Of a stretch of DNA of 64,000 bases, positions 50,185 through 60,953 are shown in pieces. This DNA is from an uncultured Actinomycetota bacterium (GTDB lineage: Bacteria > Actinomycetota > Actinomycetes > JAHEKZ01). The notes under the pieces are model-generated. The model ran no database searches. It was given only the letters and a program-made list of their open reading frames with translations, and was not told the origin of the DNA. Position 1 is the stretch's first letter; each line of letters starts with the position of its first letter. Position numbers and translations under genes: made by a program. The DNA is taken from NCBI GenBank assembly GCA_963718235.1, contig CAVQYR010000001.1, positions 672,001 through 736,000 of the forward strand, written 5' to 3'.

Positions 50185-50773
50185 ATGCCTACGCCCACCA
50201 AGGGTCCGCGCCTCGGCGAGCGGTCCGGCGCACGAGCGGCTCATGCTGGCCAACCTGGCCAGCTCGCTGTTCGAGCACGGCCGGATCACGACGACCCAGG
50301 CCAAGGCGAAGCGCTTGCGCCCGTTGGCCGAGCGTCTCATCACCTTCGCCAAGCGGGGTGACCTCCCGGCTCGTCGCCGGGTGATGACGGTCATCCGGGA
50401 CAAAGGGGTCGTGCACGAGCTGTTCGCCGAGATCGGCCCCCGCTACGCCAACCGGCCCGGTGGCTACACCCGGATCACCAAGGTCATGCCGCGCAAGGGC
50501 GACAACGCACCGATGGCGGTGATCGAGCTGGTCGAGGCACTGGACGAGAGCAAAGCCAAGCGGCCGCGTCCTGAGCGCAAGGCGGCTGCGGCCGCCCCGG
50601 CTGAGACGACCCTCGAGGAGGCGATCGTCGAGACGCCGGAGGTCGAGACGGCAGAGGTCGAGACGGCAGAGGTCGAGACGGCAGAGGCCGAGACGGCAGA
50701 GGTCGAGACGGCAGAGGCCGAGGCCCCTGAGGCCGAGGTCAAGGACGGCGAGATCAAGGACGTCGAGTCCTGA
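50185..50773 (+). CDS. rplQ: 50S ribosomal protein L17 with acidic tail, one extra base near 50218
   Basis: [11 protein letters not shown] / [14 protein letters not shown]...GGYTRI...[14 protein letters not shown]. Confidence 0.95.
50630..50719 (+). repeat. 15-bp coding tandem repeat x6 (ETAEV)
   Basis: GAGACGGCAGAGGTC consensus in rplQ 3' region. Confidence 0.9.
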
Positions 50774-50791
50774 CCCAGCACCCGACCGTCG

Positions 50792-50825
50792 ACGAGCCCG
50801 CCCCCGCACCCGGGGGCGGGCTCGT
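50792..50825 (+). terminator. 15-bp GC hairpin after rplQ, overlapping truA start codon
   Basis: ACGAGCCCGCCCCCG-CACC-CGGGGGCGGGCTCGT. Confidence 0.7.
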
Positions 50826-51693
50826 GCGTCTGCGGCTCGACCTCGGCTACGAAGGCACCGGCTTCCACGGGTGGGCCCGCCAACCCGGTCAGCGCACGGT
50901 GGAGGAGTCCCTGTTGGGCGCGCTGTGCACGTCGCTGCGGCTCACCGACCGTCCCACCGTCGTCGTGGCCGGACGCACGGACGCCGGCGTCCACGCCCGC
51001 GGTCAGGTCGTCCACGTCGACGTCCCGCGCGGTGCGTGGGACGGGCGCGACCACGACCTGCTGGCCCGGCTGCGCGGGCTGTTGCCTCCGGACGTGCGGG
51101 TCACCTCGGTGAGCCACGCGCCGGAGGGTTTCGACGCCCGGTTCTCGGCGCTGTGGCGGAGGTACTCCTACACCCTGTGCGACCGCCTCGGCGGGGTCGA
51201 CCCGCTACGCCGCCGCGACGTGGTGCTGCGTCGGCGGTGGCTGGACGTCGAACGGATGAACGCCGCTGCCCAGCCGCTACTGGGCGAGCACGACTTCCTG
51301 GCGTTCTGCCGACCGCGCCACGGGGCATCGACGACCCGCGAGCTGCGTGAGCTCACGTGGACCCGGAAGGGCGAGCTCGTCGAGGCCCGGGTCGTGGCCG
51401 ACGCGTTCTGCCATCGCATGGTCAGGTCGCTGGTCGGGGCGCTCGTGGCCGTGGGTGAAGGGCGGCGTCCGGTGGCGTGGCCCTCGCAGGTGCTGCGCGT
51501 GGTGGCCCGCAACCCCGAGGTCCTGGTCATGCCGGCCCACGGTCTCGTGCTCGAGGCGGTGGGCTACCCACCTGATGCGCTGCTGGCCCAACGGGCCCAG
51601 CAGGCCAGGGTGTTCCGCGGCTCAGCCGCAGGCGCGAGCGAACCAGCGGCCCAGGCCGGCGACCCGGACGACGACCACCGTGGGCCGGCCTGA
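50824..51693 (+). CDS. truA: tRNA pseudouridine(38-40) synthase
   Basis: YEGTGFHGW, AGRTDAGVHARGQV, FDARFSA, AFCHRMVR. Confidence 0.96.
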   Translation: MRLRLDLGYEGTGFHGWARQPGQRTVEESLLGALCTSLRLTDRPTVVVAGRTDAGVHARGQVVHVDVPRGAWDGRDHDLLARLRGLLPPDVRVTSVSHAPEGFDARFSALWRRYSYTLCDRLGGVDPLRRRDVVLRRRWLDVERMNAAAQPLLGEHDFLAFCRPRHGASTTRELRELTWTRKGELVEARVVADAFCHRMVRSLVGALVAVGEGRRPVAWPSQVLRVVARNPEVLVMPAHGLVLEAVGYPPDALLAQRAQQARVFRGSAAGASEPAAQAGDPDDDHRGPA

Positions 51694-52605
51694 GCCCTCC
51701 ACGAGGAGCGGGAACCGGTCGGTGGCCGCGGACGGCCGAGGACAGCCCTCGACCGGGCGCACCTCGACCCGGGCGGGTCGGCCGGGCCGCACCCTGGCCA
51801 CGCAGTCGGGTCCGCAGGCGGGGCCGACCCCGTCCAGCGGCAGGCCGCTCGGGGCCCCCAGCGCCCGGACGGTGAGGGCGCTGCGCCCGCTCGAGGTCAG
51901 CCGCACCGTAGCCACCCGCGGCTCGGCCGCGGTGAGGCCGCCGCGCAGCGGGCGCTGCGGGGCGGCCTTCGACGACGCCCTGGGGCACAGCGCCGCCACC
52001 GTGCGCAGCGGTTCGTCGGACCGGGCGACGTCGACGACGAAGTCCTGTTCGCGGACGGTTGCCAGCCCGGGCCAGGCGAGCGGAACCAGGTCAGGGCAGT
52101 ACCGCAGCTGGAACAGGCCACGCAGCACCAGGGTGCGCCCCGTCCCCAGGGCGACCGGCTCGGTGAAGGGCGCCTCGGTGCCGTCCTGCGCGACGACCCG
52201 CAGGCCCTGGTTCTTCAGGGTCGGACCCGGGTCCGACGTGGCGGGCGCCAGGACCACCTCGGTGCCCTGGCGCAGGGTGTACCGCTCGTCGACGGTGACC
52301 GTGGTCCCGCGCACCCGCACCGACCGCTGCAGGTCGAGCCGGTGACGCTCCTGCACGGGCGCGCTGGCCGTGGGCTGCGGCGACGGGGTCGAACCCACGC
52401 TGGGGGTCGCGAGCGGGTCGACCGCCGGACTCCGGTCGAGCAGGCCGACGAGGCCCACGGCCCCGACCCCGAGCGCGACCAGGAGAGCGAGCACTGCGGC
52501 GATCGCGACCGTGCGCCCGGCGGGGCGGCGACGCGCCGAGGTCCGACGATGGCGCCCTCGTGCGCCGGCCGGCGGGGGCATGGGATCGTCGGGGGCGGCT
52601 CGCAT
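51622..52605 (-). CDS. Hypothetical membrane-anchored extracytoplasmic protein
   Basis: Basic N-terminus, TM helix ([22 protein letters not shown]), Pro/Ser/Thr linker, six Cys; CAGACT -10 lies 7 nt before ATG. Confidence 0.65.
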   Translation of the reverse strand: MRAAPDDPMPPPAGARGRHRRTSARRRPAGRTVAIAAVLALLVALGVGAVGLVGLLDRSPAVDPLATPSVGSTPSPQPTASAPVQERHRLDLQRSVRVRGTTVTVDERYTLRQGTEVVLAPATSDPGPTLKNQGLRVVAQDGTEAPFTEPVALGTGRTLVLRGLFQLRYCPDLVPLAWPGLATVREQDFVVDVARSDEPLRTVAALCPRASSKAAPQRPLRGGLTAAEPRVATVRLTSSGRSALTVRALGAPSGLPLDGVGPACGPDCVARVRPGRPARVEVRPVEGCPRPSAATDRFPLLVEGSGRPTVVVVRVAGLGRWFARACG

Positions 52606-52667
52606 CGGCTCCAGTCTGCCGACCGACCTCCCGATTCTCGGGAGGACCCGCAGTCGAGGCGAAGATC

Positions 52668-52742
52668 GCAGGCAAGCAGAGGCAGGCAAGCAGAGGCAGG
52701 CAAGCAGAGGCAGGCAAGCAGAGGCAGGCAAGCAGAGGCAGG
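52668..52742 (+). repeat. 14-bp tandem repeat x5.3 (VNTR)
   Basis: (GCAGGCAAGCAGAG)5 GCAGG immediately before arcC RBS. Confidence 0.95.
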
Positions 52743-52755
52743 GAAGGGGACGGTC

Positions 52756-53691
52756 ATGCGCGTAGTAGTGGCGCTGGGCGGCAACGCCCTGTTGCGTCGC
52801 GGTGAGCCGATGACCGTGTCCAACCAGCGCGAGAACGTCCGCCGTGCGTGCGAGGCCCTCGTGCCCGTCGCCTCGGACCACGAGCTCGTGATCACCCACG
52901 GCAACGGCCCGCAGGTCGGCCTGCTGGCCCTGCAGGGCATGGCCTTCGCCCCGGACGACGCCTTCCCGCTCGACGTCCTCGGGGCCGAGACCGAAGGCAT
53001 GATCGGCTACCTGATCGAGCAGGAGCTTGGCAACGTGCTGCCGTTCGAGAAGCCGATCGCCACCGTCTTGACCATGACCGAGGTCGACCCGGACGACGCT
53101 GCGTTCGCCGACCCGAGCAAGTTCGTCGGTCCGGTCTACGAGGAGGCCGAGGCTCGGGCGCTGGCGACGGCCAAGGGCTGGGTCGTCAAGCCCGACGGCG
53201 ACCAGTGGCGTCGGGTGGTCCCCTCGCCGCGCCCGCTACGGATCTTCGAGCTCCGGCCGATCCAGTGGCTGCTCGACCAGGGCGCCGTGGTCATCGCCGC
53301 CGGCGGTGGCGGGATCCCGACCATGTACGTCCCGGGTACCCGGACCCTGGTGGGTGTCGAGGCGGTGGTCGACAAGGACCTGGCCAGCGCCGTGCTCGCC
53401 CGTGAGATCGGGGCCGACCGGTTCGTCGTCGCCACGGACGCAGCGGCCATCTACCTCGACTACGGGACGGCCGACGAGCGGCCACTGGCCGCCGCGCACC
53501 CGGATGCGCTCGCCGAGCTGAGCTTCCCCGCGGGGTCGATGGGTCCGAAGGTCGAGGCGGCGGTGGAGTTCGCGCGGGCCGGTGGAGAGGCGTGGATCGG
53601 GTCGCTGGGCGGCCTCGCCGAGGTGATCGCCGGGCGCAGTGGCACGTGCGTGTCCCTGTCCGTCGACGGACTGGTCGTGCGTAGCCGCTGA
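52756..53691 (+). CDS. arcC: Carbamate kinase
   Basis: [47 protein letters not shown]. Confidence 0.93.
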   Translation: MRVVVALGGNALLRRGEPMTVSNQRENVRRACEALVPVASDHELVITHGNGPQVGLLALQGMAFAPDDAFPLDVLGAETEGMIGYLIEQELGNVLPFEKPIATVLTMTEVDPDDAAFADPSKFVGPVYEEAEARALATAKGWVVKPDGDQWRRVVPSPRPLRIFELRPIQWLLDQGAVVIAAGGGGIPTMYVPGTRTLVGVEAVVDKDLASAVLAREIGADRFVVATDAAAIYLDYGTADERPLAAAHPDALAELSFPAGSMGPKVEAAVEFARAGGEAWIGSLGGLAEVIAGRSGTCVSLSVDGLVVRSR

Positions 53692-53770
53692 CGAGCGGGA
53701 CGGCCGCGCCACCGCAGGTGGGGGTAATCCAGGTGCGCAGGGGGTCTGGGACCCGTCACACTGCACCCTC

Positions 53771-55393
53771 GTGGGCCATGTCGACGTCAACGGGGTCTCC
53801 TTCGTGCTGCCCGACGGCCGCACGTTGTTCTCAGGCGTGTCGTTCCGGGTCGGCGACGGCGCCACCGTCGCACTCGTCGGCGCCAACGGAGCCGGCAAGA
53901 CCACGTTGATGCGGATCGTGGCCGCAGACGTCGAGCCGACCGAGGGCTCGATCTCACGGTCCGGCGGCCTCGGGGTGATGAGGCAGTTCGTCGGGTCGGT
54001 GCGGGACTCCTCGACGGTGCGTGACCTGCTGCTGTCGGTCGCTCCCGAGCCGATCCGGGCGGCAGCGGCCGAGCACGACGCCGCCGAGCTGCTGATGATG
54101 GAGCACGACGACGAGGCCACCCAGATGCGCTACGCGCAGGCGCTGAGCGACTGGTCCGACGTGCGCGGGTACGACGCCGAGGTGCTCTGGGACACGTGCA
54201 CGGTCGCCGCGCTCGGAGTTCCGTTCGACCGGGCCCAGTACCGCGAGGTGCGCACCCTGTCCGGCGGCGAGCAGAAACGCCTGGTGCTCGAGGCCCTGCT
54301 GCGGGGTCCGGACGAGGTCCTGCTCCTCGACGAGCCGGACAACTACCTCGACGTCCCCGGCAAGCAGTGGCTCGAGGAGCAGCTTCGGGCCACCCCGAAG
54401 ACCGTGCTGCTGGTCTCCCACGACCGCGAGCTGCTCGACCGCGCGGCGACCCGGATCGTCACCGTCGAGGGCGGGACGGCGTGGACCCACGGTGGTGGCT
54501 TCGCCACGTACCACGCGGCCCGACAGGACCGCCACGAGCGGCTCGCCGAGCTGCTGCGCCGCTGGGACGAGGAGCACGAGCGGCTCAAGCAGCTCGTGCG
54601 GACCCTCCAGCAGCAGGCCGCGATCAGCCCGGACATGGCCTCGCGCTACAAGGCGATGCAGACCCGCCTGCGCAAGTACGAGGAGGCCGGGCCCCCGGAG
54701 GCGCCCCCGGTGGCGCAGCAGGTGCGGATGCGGCTCACGGGGGGGCGCACCGGGGTCCGCGCCGTCACCTGCGAGCAGCTCGAGCTGACCGGTCTGATGC
54801 AGCCCTTCGACCTGGAGGTCTTCTACGGCGAGAGGGTCGCCGTGCTGGGCAGCAACGGCTCGGGCAAGAGCCACTTCCTGCGGCTGCTCGCGGCGGGGGA
54901 GCCGGAGCGCGCCACGGTGGCCCACCAGGGCCGCTGGAAGCTCGGCGCCCGCGTCGTCCCGGGCTACTTCGCCCAGACCCATGACCATCCCGAGCTGCTC
55001 GGTCGCACCCTGCTGGACATCCTCTGGGACCAGGCGAGCCTGCAGCGTGGCCCGGCGATCAGCGCCTTGCGCCGCTACGAGCTGCACCAGCAGGCCGAAC
55101 AAGTCTTCGAGACCCTGTCCGGGGGTCAGCAGGCGCGGCTGCAGATCCTGCTCCTGGAGCTGTCGGGGGTCACCTTGCTGCTGCTGGACGAGCCGACGGA
55201 CAACCTCGACCTGGCCAGTGCCGAGGCCCTGGAGGAGGGACTGGCCGGCTTCGACGGCACCGTGCTGGCGGTGACCCATGACCGATGGTTCGCCCGGTCC
55301 TTCGACCGTTACCTCGTCTTCGGCTCCGACGGGCGGGTCGTCGGCTCCGACGTGCCCGTCTGGGACGAGGGCCGCGTCGACCGGGTGCGCTAG
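53771..55393 (+). CDS. ABC-F family ATPase
   Basis: Two ABC domains (GANGAGKT, LSGGE, LLDEP; GSNGSGKS, LSGGQ, LLDEPT), helical linker, no TM segments. Confidence 0.92.
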   Translation: MGHVDVNGVSFVLPDGRTLFSGVSFRVGDGATVALVGANGAGKTTLMRIVAADVEPTEGSISRSGGLGVMRQFVGSVRDSSTVRDLLLSVAPEPIRAAAAEHDAAELLMMEHDDEATQMRYAQALSDWSDVRGYDAEVLWDTCTVAALGVPFDRAQYREVRTLSGGEQKRLVLEALLRGPDEVLLLDEPDNYLDVPGKQWLEEQLRATPKTVLLVSHDRELLDRAATRIVTVEGGTAWTHGGGFATYHAARQDRHERLAELLRRWDEEHERLKQLVRTLQQQAAISPDMASRYKAMQTRLRKYEEAGPPEAPPVAQQVRMRLTGGRTGVRAVTCEQLELTGLMQPFDLEVFYGERVAVLGSNGSGKSHFLRLLAAGEPERATVAHQGRWKLGARVVPGYFAQTHDHPELLGRTLLDILWDQASLQRGPAISALRRYELHQQAEQVFETLSGGQQARLQILLLELSGVTLLLLDEPTDNLDLASAEALEEGLAGFDGTVLAVTHDRWFARSFDRYLVFGSDGRVVGSDVPVWDEGRVDRVR

Positions 55394-56544
55394 TTGTTCT
55401 GTCGGCGGCGCCGAAGCGCCAGCGAGGCCAGCGTCGCCAACCCGAACGCCCCCACGCTCGCGGCGAACGCCACCGTCGGCGAGATCTCGGACAGGACACC
55501 GCCGGCCGCAGCGCCAGCTGACAGACCGATCAGCAGCGAGGTCGTCCCGATCGCGAACGCGTCGGTACGCCGTCCCGGTGGAGCAGAGTCCCCGACGACG
55601 GCGTAGAGGGCGGCCAGCGAGGGCGCCAGCGCCAAGCCGCTGAGGAACAGGGCCGCTCCGAGCACGATGACCCCGAGCGACCAGACGACAGCGACGACCG
55701 CCGTCCCGGCGGCCAACGCCCCGAAGAGCGGGGCCAGCCGGGTCGCCGGTGACATCCGCCACGCCCGCCGTGCGGTCGCGAGCCCACCGACGAGCGAGCC
55801 CAGGCTCCACACGGCCAGCAGGACACCGGCCGCCTTGCGCTGCCCGTCCAGGATCGCCGCCGCTGACACGGCGACCTCGGTCAGCCCCAGCCCGAAGGCC
55901 ATCACCGACATGACGGCCCACGGCAGGGCCATCACCGACACCATCGCCCGCCCCCCGGTCGGGTGCGGGTGGGGCTGCCACAACGGGCGCACGACGCCGG
56001 AGAACACCAGGCCCCCGACGAGGCCCAGCGCTGCGGTGGTGAGCAGGGCGACGCTGGGGTCAGCGATCCCGATCAGGGCGCCGACCAGCGCCGGTCCGGC
56101 GATGAAGACGATCTCCTGGGTGGTGGCGTCGAGGGTGTACATCTCGCCCAGCGCGACCTCGTCGTCGGCGAGGTCCGGCCACAGGGTGCGGGCGACCGAG
56201 GTGATCGGCGCGGCAGCGAGGCCGCCGAGCCCGGCCAGGGTGACCAGTACCCAGGCGAGACCCGTGGGAGCGAACGCCAGGACGGTGATCACCAGGGACT
56301 GGGCGCAGGCGGCGACGGCGACCACGCGCTCGGCCCGCCCACGACCGGCCAGGCGCCCCCAGGCGGTCTGGGCGACCGCGGCCCCCAACCCCCAGGCCCC
56401 GGTGGCCAGACCGGCGGCGGCGAGCGACCCGGTCCGCTGCTGGACGAGGAGCAGGATGGCCAGGGGTGCCATGCCCTGGGGCAGGCGGCCCAGGAGGGAG
56501 GTGAGCAGCACCACCCGCGCCCGCCCCCTCATGGGTGAGCTCAT
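55390..56544 (-). CDS. MFS transporter
   Basis: About 12 hydrophobic segments; WGRLAGRGR motif-A-like; FIAGPALVG. Confidence 0.85.
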   Translation of the reverse strand: MSSPMRGRARVVLLTSLLGRLPQGMAPLAILLLVQQRTGSLAAAGLATGAWGLGAAVAQTAWGRLAGRGRAERVVAVAACAQSLVITVLAFAPTGLAWVLVTLAGLGGLAAAPITSVARTLWPDLADDEVALGEMYTLDATTQEIVFIAGPALVGALIGIADPSVALLTTAALGLVGGLVFSGVVRPLWQPHPHPTGGRAMVSVMALPWAVMSVMAFGLGLTEVAVSAAAILDGQRKAAGVLLAVWSLGSLVGGLATARRAWRMSPATRLAPLFGALAAGTAVVAVVWSLGVIVLGAALFLSGLALAPSLAALYAVVGDSAPPGRRTDAFAIGTTSLLIGLSAGAAAGGVLSEISPTVAFAASVGAFGLATLASLALRRRRQNN

Positions 56545-56580
56545 GGGTGAGCACCGTAGCCTCCGGCGACCGAGGGCGTT

Positions 56581-56610
56581 TTGACCCTGGAGCGAACCCA
56601 CGGGTACTCT
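56581..56610 (+). promoter_or_regulatory. rplM-rpsI promoter
   Basis: TTGACC-18bp-TACTCT. Confidence 0.7.
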
Positions 56611-56699
56611 GGTCAGTCGTTGCGTGCCTGGCCGCCATCACCGGCCAAGCGCCCCTGACCGACCCCACTCCACCTGTGAGACGAGCAAAGGTTTCCCGC

Positions 56700-57143
56700 G
56701 TGCGCACCTACAGCCCGAAGGCCGATGAGGTCAGCCGTGTCTGGTACGTCATCGACGCCCAGGACGTCGTCCTCGGACGGCTGGCGACCCAGGCGGCCAC
56801 GCTGCTGCGCGGAAAGCACAAGCCGGTCTTCGCCCCCCATGTCGACACCGGTGACTTCGTCGTCATCGTCAACGCCGACAAGGTGTCCCTGAGCGGCAAC
56901 AAGCTCACCCAGAAGATGGACTACCGCCACTCCGGTCACCCGGGTGGCCTGCGCGCGACCAGCTACGAAGAGCTGCTGGCGAAGGACCCGCGCCGGGCCG
57001 TGGAGAAGGCCGTGCGGGGGATGCTCCCGCACAACAAGATCGGCCGCCAGCAGATCAAGAAGCTCAAGGTCTACGCCGGACCAGAGCACCCCCACCAGGC
57101 CCAGCAGCCCGCCACCTACGAGATCACCCAGGTCGCGCAGTAG
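56700..57143 (+). CDS. rplM: 50S ribosomal protein L13
   Basis: WYVIDA, LGRLA, RGKHKP, AVRGMLP. Confidence 0.98.
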   Translation: MRTYSPKADEVSRVWYVIDAQDVVLGRLATQAATLLRGKHKPVFAPHVDTGDFVVIVNADKVSLSGNKLTQKMDYRHSGHPGGLRATSYEELLAKDPRRAVEKAVRGMLPHNKIGRQQIKKLKVYAGPEHPHQAQQPATYEITQVAQ

Positions 57144-57176
57144 CGCGCCGTCCCCGAAGACAGAGGTTCCGTCGCA

Positions 57177-57716
57177 GTGAGTGACACCGAGACCACCCCG
57201 AACGCCGCCGAGACCGTCGAGACCGAGGTCGTCGAGGTCGACGTCGTCGAGACCGTCGTCGACAGCGAGGGCGAGGGCTACACCACCGAGACCGTGGTGG
57301 CGGTCAGTGCCCCGCGGGAGATCACCATGGCTCCCGGCGCCGCGACCGGACGCCGCAAGGAGGCGATCGCCCGGGTGCGGATCGCCCCCGGCACCGGCCA
57401 GTGGACGATCAACGGGCGGGCGCTGGATGTCTACTTCCCGAACAAGGTCCACCAGCAGCTGGTCAACGACCCGTTCACGATCCTCGACCTCGACGGCCGC
57501 TACGACGTCATCGCCCGGATCGAGGGTGGTGGCACCTCGGGCCAGGCGGGTGCGCTCCGGCTCGGCATCGCCCGCGCGCTGAACAGCATCGACCTCGAGG
57601 CCAACCGCCCCGAGCTGAAGAAGGCCGGCTTCCTCAGCCGCGACGCCCGGGTCAAGGAGCGCCGCAAGGCCGGTCTCAAGAAGGCCCGCAAGGCGCCGCA
57701 GTACAGCAAGCGCTGA
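57177..57716 (+). CDS. rpsI: 30S ribosomal protein S9
   Basis: [29 protein letters not shown]. Confidence 0.98.
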   Translation: MSDTETTPNAAETVETEVVEVDVVETVVDSEGEGYTTETVVAVSAPREITMAPGAATGRRKEAIARVRIAPGTGQWTINGRALDVYFPNKVHQQLVNDPFTILDLDGRYDVIARIEGGGTSGQAGALRLGIARALNSIDLEANRPELKKAGFLSRDARVKERRKAGLKKARKAPQYSKR

Positions 57717-57721
57717 GCCCG

Positions 57722-59062
57722 TTGGGACGCCTCTTCGGCACCGACGGTGTGCGGGGGCTCGCCAACTCCGATCTCACCGCCGAGCTGGCGCTCGACCTGG
57801 CGGTCGCCGCTGCGCACGTGCTTGCCGATGCAGGCGTCTTCGCCGGACACCGTCCGCTGGCCGTCGTCGGACGTGACCCTCGGGCCTCGGGGGAGTTCCT
57901 GGAGGCTGCGGTCGTCGCCGGCCTGGCCAGCGCAGGCGTCGACGTCGTGCGGCTCGGTGTCGTGCCGACGCCCGGGGTTGCCCACCTCACTGCAGCGATG
58001 GAGGCCGACCTCGGCGTCATGCTGTCCGCGTCGCACAACGCGATGCCCGACAACGGGATCAAGTTCTTCGCCCGCGGTGGGCACAAGCTGCCGGACACGA
58101 TCGAGGACGCCGTCGAGGCCCGGATGCGCGAGCCGTGGCAGCGCCCGACCGGCCACGCCGTCGGGCGGGTCCGTGACGACGCAGGGGCCGTCGACGCCTA
58201 CGTCTCCTACCTGGTGGGCACACTGCCGCACCGTCTCGACGGTCTTCGGGTCGTCGTCGACTGCGCCAACGGGGCCGCCTCCTTCGCAGCTCCCGACGCG
58301 TTGCGCCGCGCCGGCGCCGAGGTGGTCGCGATCCACGCCGCACCTGACGGGTGGAACATCAACGAGGCCTGTGGGTCGACCCACCTGGAGTCGTTGCAGC
58401 AGGCGGTCGTCGAGCACGGTGCGCACGCCGGCGTCGCGCATGACGGCGACGCCGACCGCTGTCTGGCCGTCGACCACGAGGGGCGCGTCGTCGACGGTGA
58501 CCAGCTGCTGGCGATCCTGGCCCTGGCACTGCGCGACACCGGCTCCCTCGTCGATGACACGGTCGTCGGGACGGTGATGGCCAACCTCGGGTTCCGACAG
58601 GCGATGACCCGCAGCGGGGTGTCCGTCGTGGAGACCGCGGTGGGCGACCGCTACGTGCTCGAGGCGATGAGGGCCGGCGGGTACACCCTGGGTGGCGAGC
58701 AGTCCGGCCACGTCATCATGCTCGACCACGCGACGACCGGAGACGGCCTGCTCACCGCGCTCCACGTCTTGTCGCGGGTCGCGGCCACGCATCGGCCACT
58801 GGCCGAGCTCGCTGCGGTGATGGTCCGCCTGCCGCAGGTGCTGGTCAACGTCGACGACGTCGACAAGAACCGGGTCGACGACCCGGTTCTCGTCTCGGCC
58901 GTGGTGGACGCGGAGTCCGAGCTCGGTGACTCCGGACGGGTGCTGTTGCGCCCCAGCGGAACCGAGCCGCTGGTGCGGGTCATGGTCGAGGCGCCCACCG
59001 AGGGTCAGGCCCGCAGCGTGGCCGACCAGCTCGCCGCCGTCGTCCGCTCGGTCCTGCGCTGA
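57722..59062 (+). CDS. glmM: Phosphoglucosamine mutase
   Basis: [34 protein letters not shown]. Confidence 0.97.
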   Translation: MGRLFGTDGVRGLANSDLTAELALDLAVAAAHVLADAGVFAGHRPLAVVGRDPRASGEFLEAAVVAGLASAGVDVVRLGVVPTPGVAHLTAAMEADLGVMLSASHNAMPDNGIKFFARGGHKLPDTIEDAVEARMREPWQRPTGHAVGRVRDDAGAVDAYVSYLVGTLPHRLDGLRVVVDCANGAASFAAPDALRRAGAEVVAIHAAPDGWNINEACGSTHLESLQQAVVEHGAHAGVAHDGDADRCLAVDHEGRVVDGDQLLAILALALRDTGSLVDDTVVGTVMANLGFRQAMTRSGVSVVETAVGDRYVLEAMRAGGYTLGGEQSGHVIMLDHATTGDGLLTALHVLSRVAATHRPLAELAAVMVRLPQVLVNVDDVDKNRVDDPVLVSAVVDAESELGDSGRVLLRPSGTEPLVRVMVEAPTEGQARSVADQLAAVVRSVLR

Positions 59063-59091
59063 CCCACGCTCCGGGCACCTAGGGTGGGGTC

Positions 59092-60939
59092 ATGTGCGGA
59101 ATCGTGGGGTACGTCGGCCCGCTGCCGGCGGTCGACGTGGTCCTGGAGGGTCTGCGGCGCCTGGAGTACCGCGGCTACGACTCGGCCGGGATCGCGGTGG
59201 TCGCCGGCGACGCCCTGCAGATGCGCAAGCGAGCGGGCAAGCTCGCCAACCTCGAGAAGGCCCTGGCCGAGAACCCGCTGCCTTCGACCGGCGTCGGCAT
59301 GGGCCACACCCGGTGGGCCACCCACGGAGCCCCCAACGACCGCAACGCACATCCCCACCTCGACGAGCAGCAGCGGGTGGCGGTGGTCCACAACGGGATC
59401 ATCGAGAACTTCGCCGGTCTTCGGGCCGAGCTCGAGAGCAGCGGTCTGGAGATGCGCTCCGACACCGACACCGAGGTCGTCGCCCACCTGCTCTCGGCCA
59501 GCTTCGCGCGGACGGGTGACCTGGCCGAGTCGATGCGCGAGGTGTGCCGCCGACTCCAGGGAGCGTTCACCCTCGTCGCCGTCCACGCCGACGCCCCGGA
59601 CGTGGTCGTCGGCGCTCGTCGCAACTCTCCCTTGGTCGTGGGTATCGGCGAGGGCGAGAACTTCCTCGGGAGTGACGTCTCGGCCTTCATCGCGCACACG
59701 CGGGAGGCCGTCGAGCTCGGACAGGACCAGGTCGTGGAGCTCCGCGCCGACTCGATCACGGTGACGACCTTCGACGGAGCCCCCGCGCAGGTCCGCCCGT
59801 ACACCGTCGACTGGGACGCGTCCGCCGCCGAGAAGGGCGGGTACGAGTACTTCATGCTCAAGGAGATCAACGAGCAGCCCAAGGCGGTCTCCGACACGCT
59901 TCTCGGTCGACTCGGCGTCGACGGGCGGCTGCACCTCGACGAGATGCGCCTGTCCGACGGCGAGCTGCGTGAGGTCGACAAGGTCGTCGTCATCGCGTGC
60001 GGCACGGCCTACCACTCGGGCCTGCTCGCCAAGTACGCCATCGAGCACTGGACCCGGCTGCCGGTCGAGGTCGAGATCGCCAGCGAGTTCCGCTACCGCG
60101 ACCCGATCCTCACCCGACACACGCTGGTCATCGCCATCTCCCAGTCAGGGGAGACGATGGACACCCTGATGGCCCTGCGCCACGCGCGCGAGCAGGGCTC
60201 GCGCGTCCTGGCCATCTGCAACGTGAACGGGTCGACCATTCCGCGCGAGTCCGACGCGGTGGTCTACACCTACGCGGGTCCTGAGGTGGCCGTCGCCTCG
60301 ACCAAGGCCTTCTTGACCCAGGTCGTGGCCGTGCAGCTCGTGGCGCTCTACCTGGCCCAGGTGCGGGGGACCATGTGGGGCGACGAGATCGCCTCGCACA
60401 TCGATGAGCTCGCGCAGATGCCGGGAAAGGTCGACGAGGTGCTCGACACCGTCGAGCCGGTGCGGGCGCTGGCACGCTCGATGGTCGATGCCACATCGGT
60501 GCTCTTCCTCGGACGCCATGTGGGCTACCCGGTCGCCCTGGAGGGCGCACTCAAGCTGAAGGAGCTCGCCTACATGCACGCCGAGGGGTTCCCGGCCGGT
60601 GAGCTGAAGCACGGTCCGATCGCCCTGATCGAGGAGGGTGTCCCGGTCGTCGTCGTGGTGCCGCCGCGACGGGGCCGGGCGGTGCTGCACGACAAGATCG
60701 TGAGCAACATCCAGGAGGTCCGCGCGCGCGGCGCCAAGACGATCGTCGTTGCCGAGGTCGGGGACGACACGGTGCAGCCGTATGCCGACGTCTTCATCGG
60801 TGTGCCGTCGGTTCCGACCCTCCTGCAGCCACTCGTGTCGACCGTCCCCCTTCAGGTCTTCGCCTGCGAGCTCGCCGCGGCGAAGGGGTTCGACGTCGAC
60901 CAACCACGCAACCTGGCGAAGTCGGTCACCGTCGAGTAG
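59092..60939 (+). CDS. glmS: Glutamine-fructose-6-phosphate aminotransferase
   Basis: MCGIVG, EYRGYDSAG, GHTRWATHG, SQSGET, PRNLAKSVTVE. Confidence 0.99.
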   Translation: MCGIVGYVGPLPAVDVVLEGLRRLEYRGYDSAGIAVVAGDALQMRKRAGKLANLEKALAENPLPSTGVGMGHTRWATHGAPNDRNAHPHLDEQQRVAVVHNGIIENFAGLRAELESSGLEMRSDTDTEVVAHLLSASFARTGDLAESMREVCRRLQGAFTLVAVHADAPDVVVGARRNSPLVVGIGEGENFLGSDVSAFIAHTREAVELGQDQVVELRADSITVTTFDGAPAQVRPYTVDWDASAAEKGGYEYFMLKEINEQPKAVSDTLLGRLGVDGRLHLDEMRLSDGELREVDKVVVIACGTAYHSGLLAKYAIEHWTRLPVEVEIASEFRYRDPILTRHTLVIAISQSGETMDTLMALRHAREQGSRVLAICNVNGSTIPRESDAVVYTYAGPEVAVASTKAFLTQVVAVQLVALYLAQVRGTMWGDEIASHIDELAQMPGKVDEVLDTVEPVRALARSMVDATSVLFLGRHVGYPVALEGALKLKELAYMHAEGFPAGELKHGPIALIEEGVPVVVVVPPRRGRAVLHDKIVSNIQEVRARGAKTIVVAEVGDDTVQPYADVFIGVPSVPTLLQPLVSTVPLQVFACELAAAKGFDVDQPRNLAKSVTVE

Positions 60940-60953
60940 GGGTCCGAGGACAG

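Noticed and set aside
52668-52742. Repeat array as CRISPR
   Set aside because: Head-to-tail 14-mers with no spacers and no cas genes
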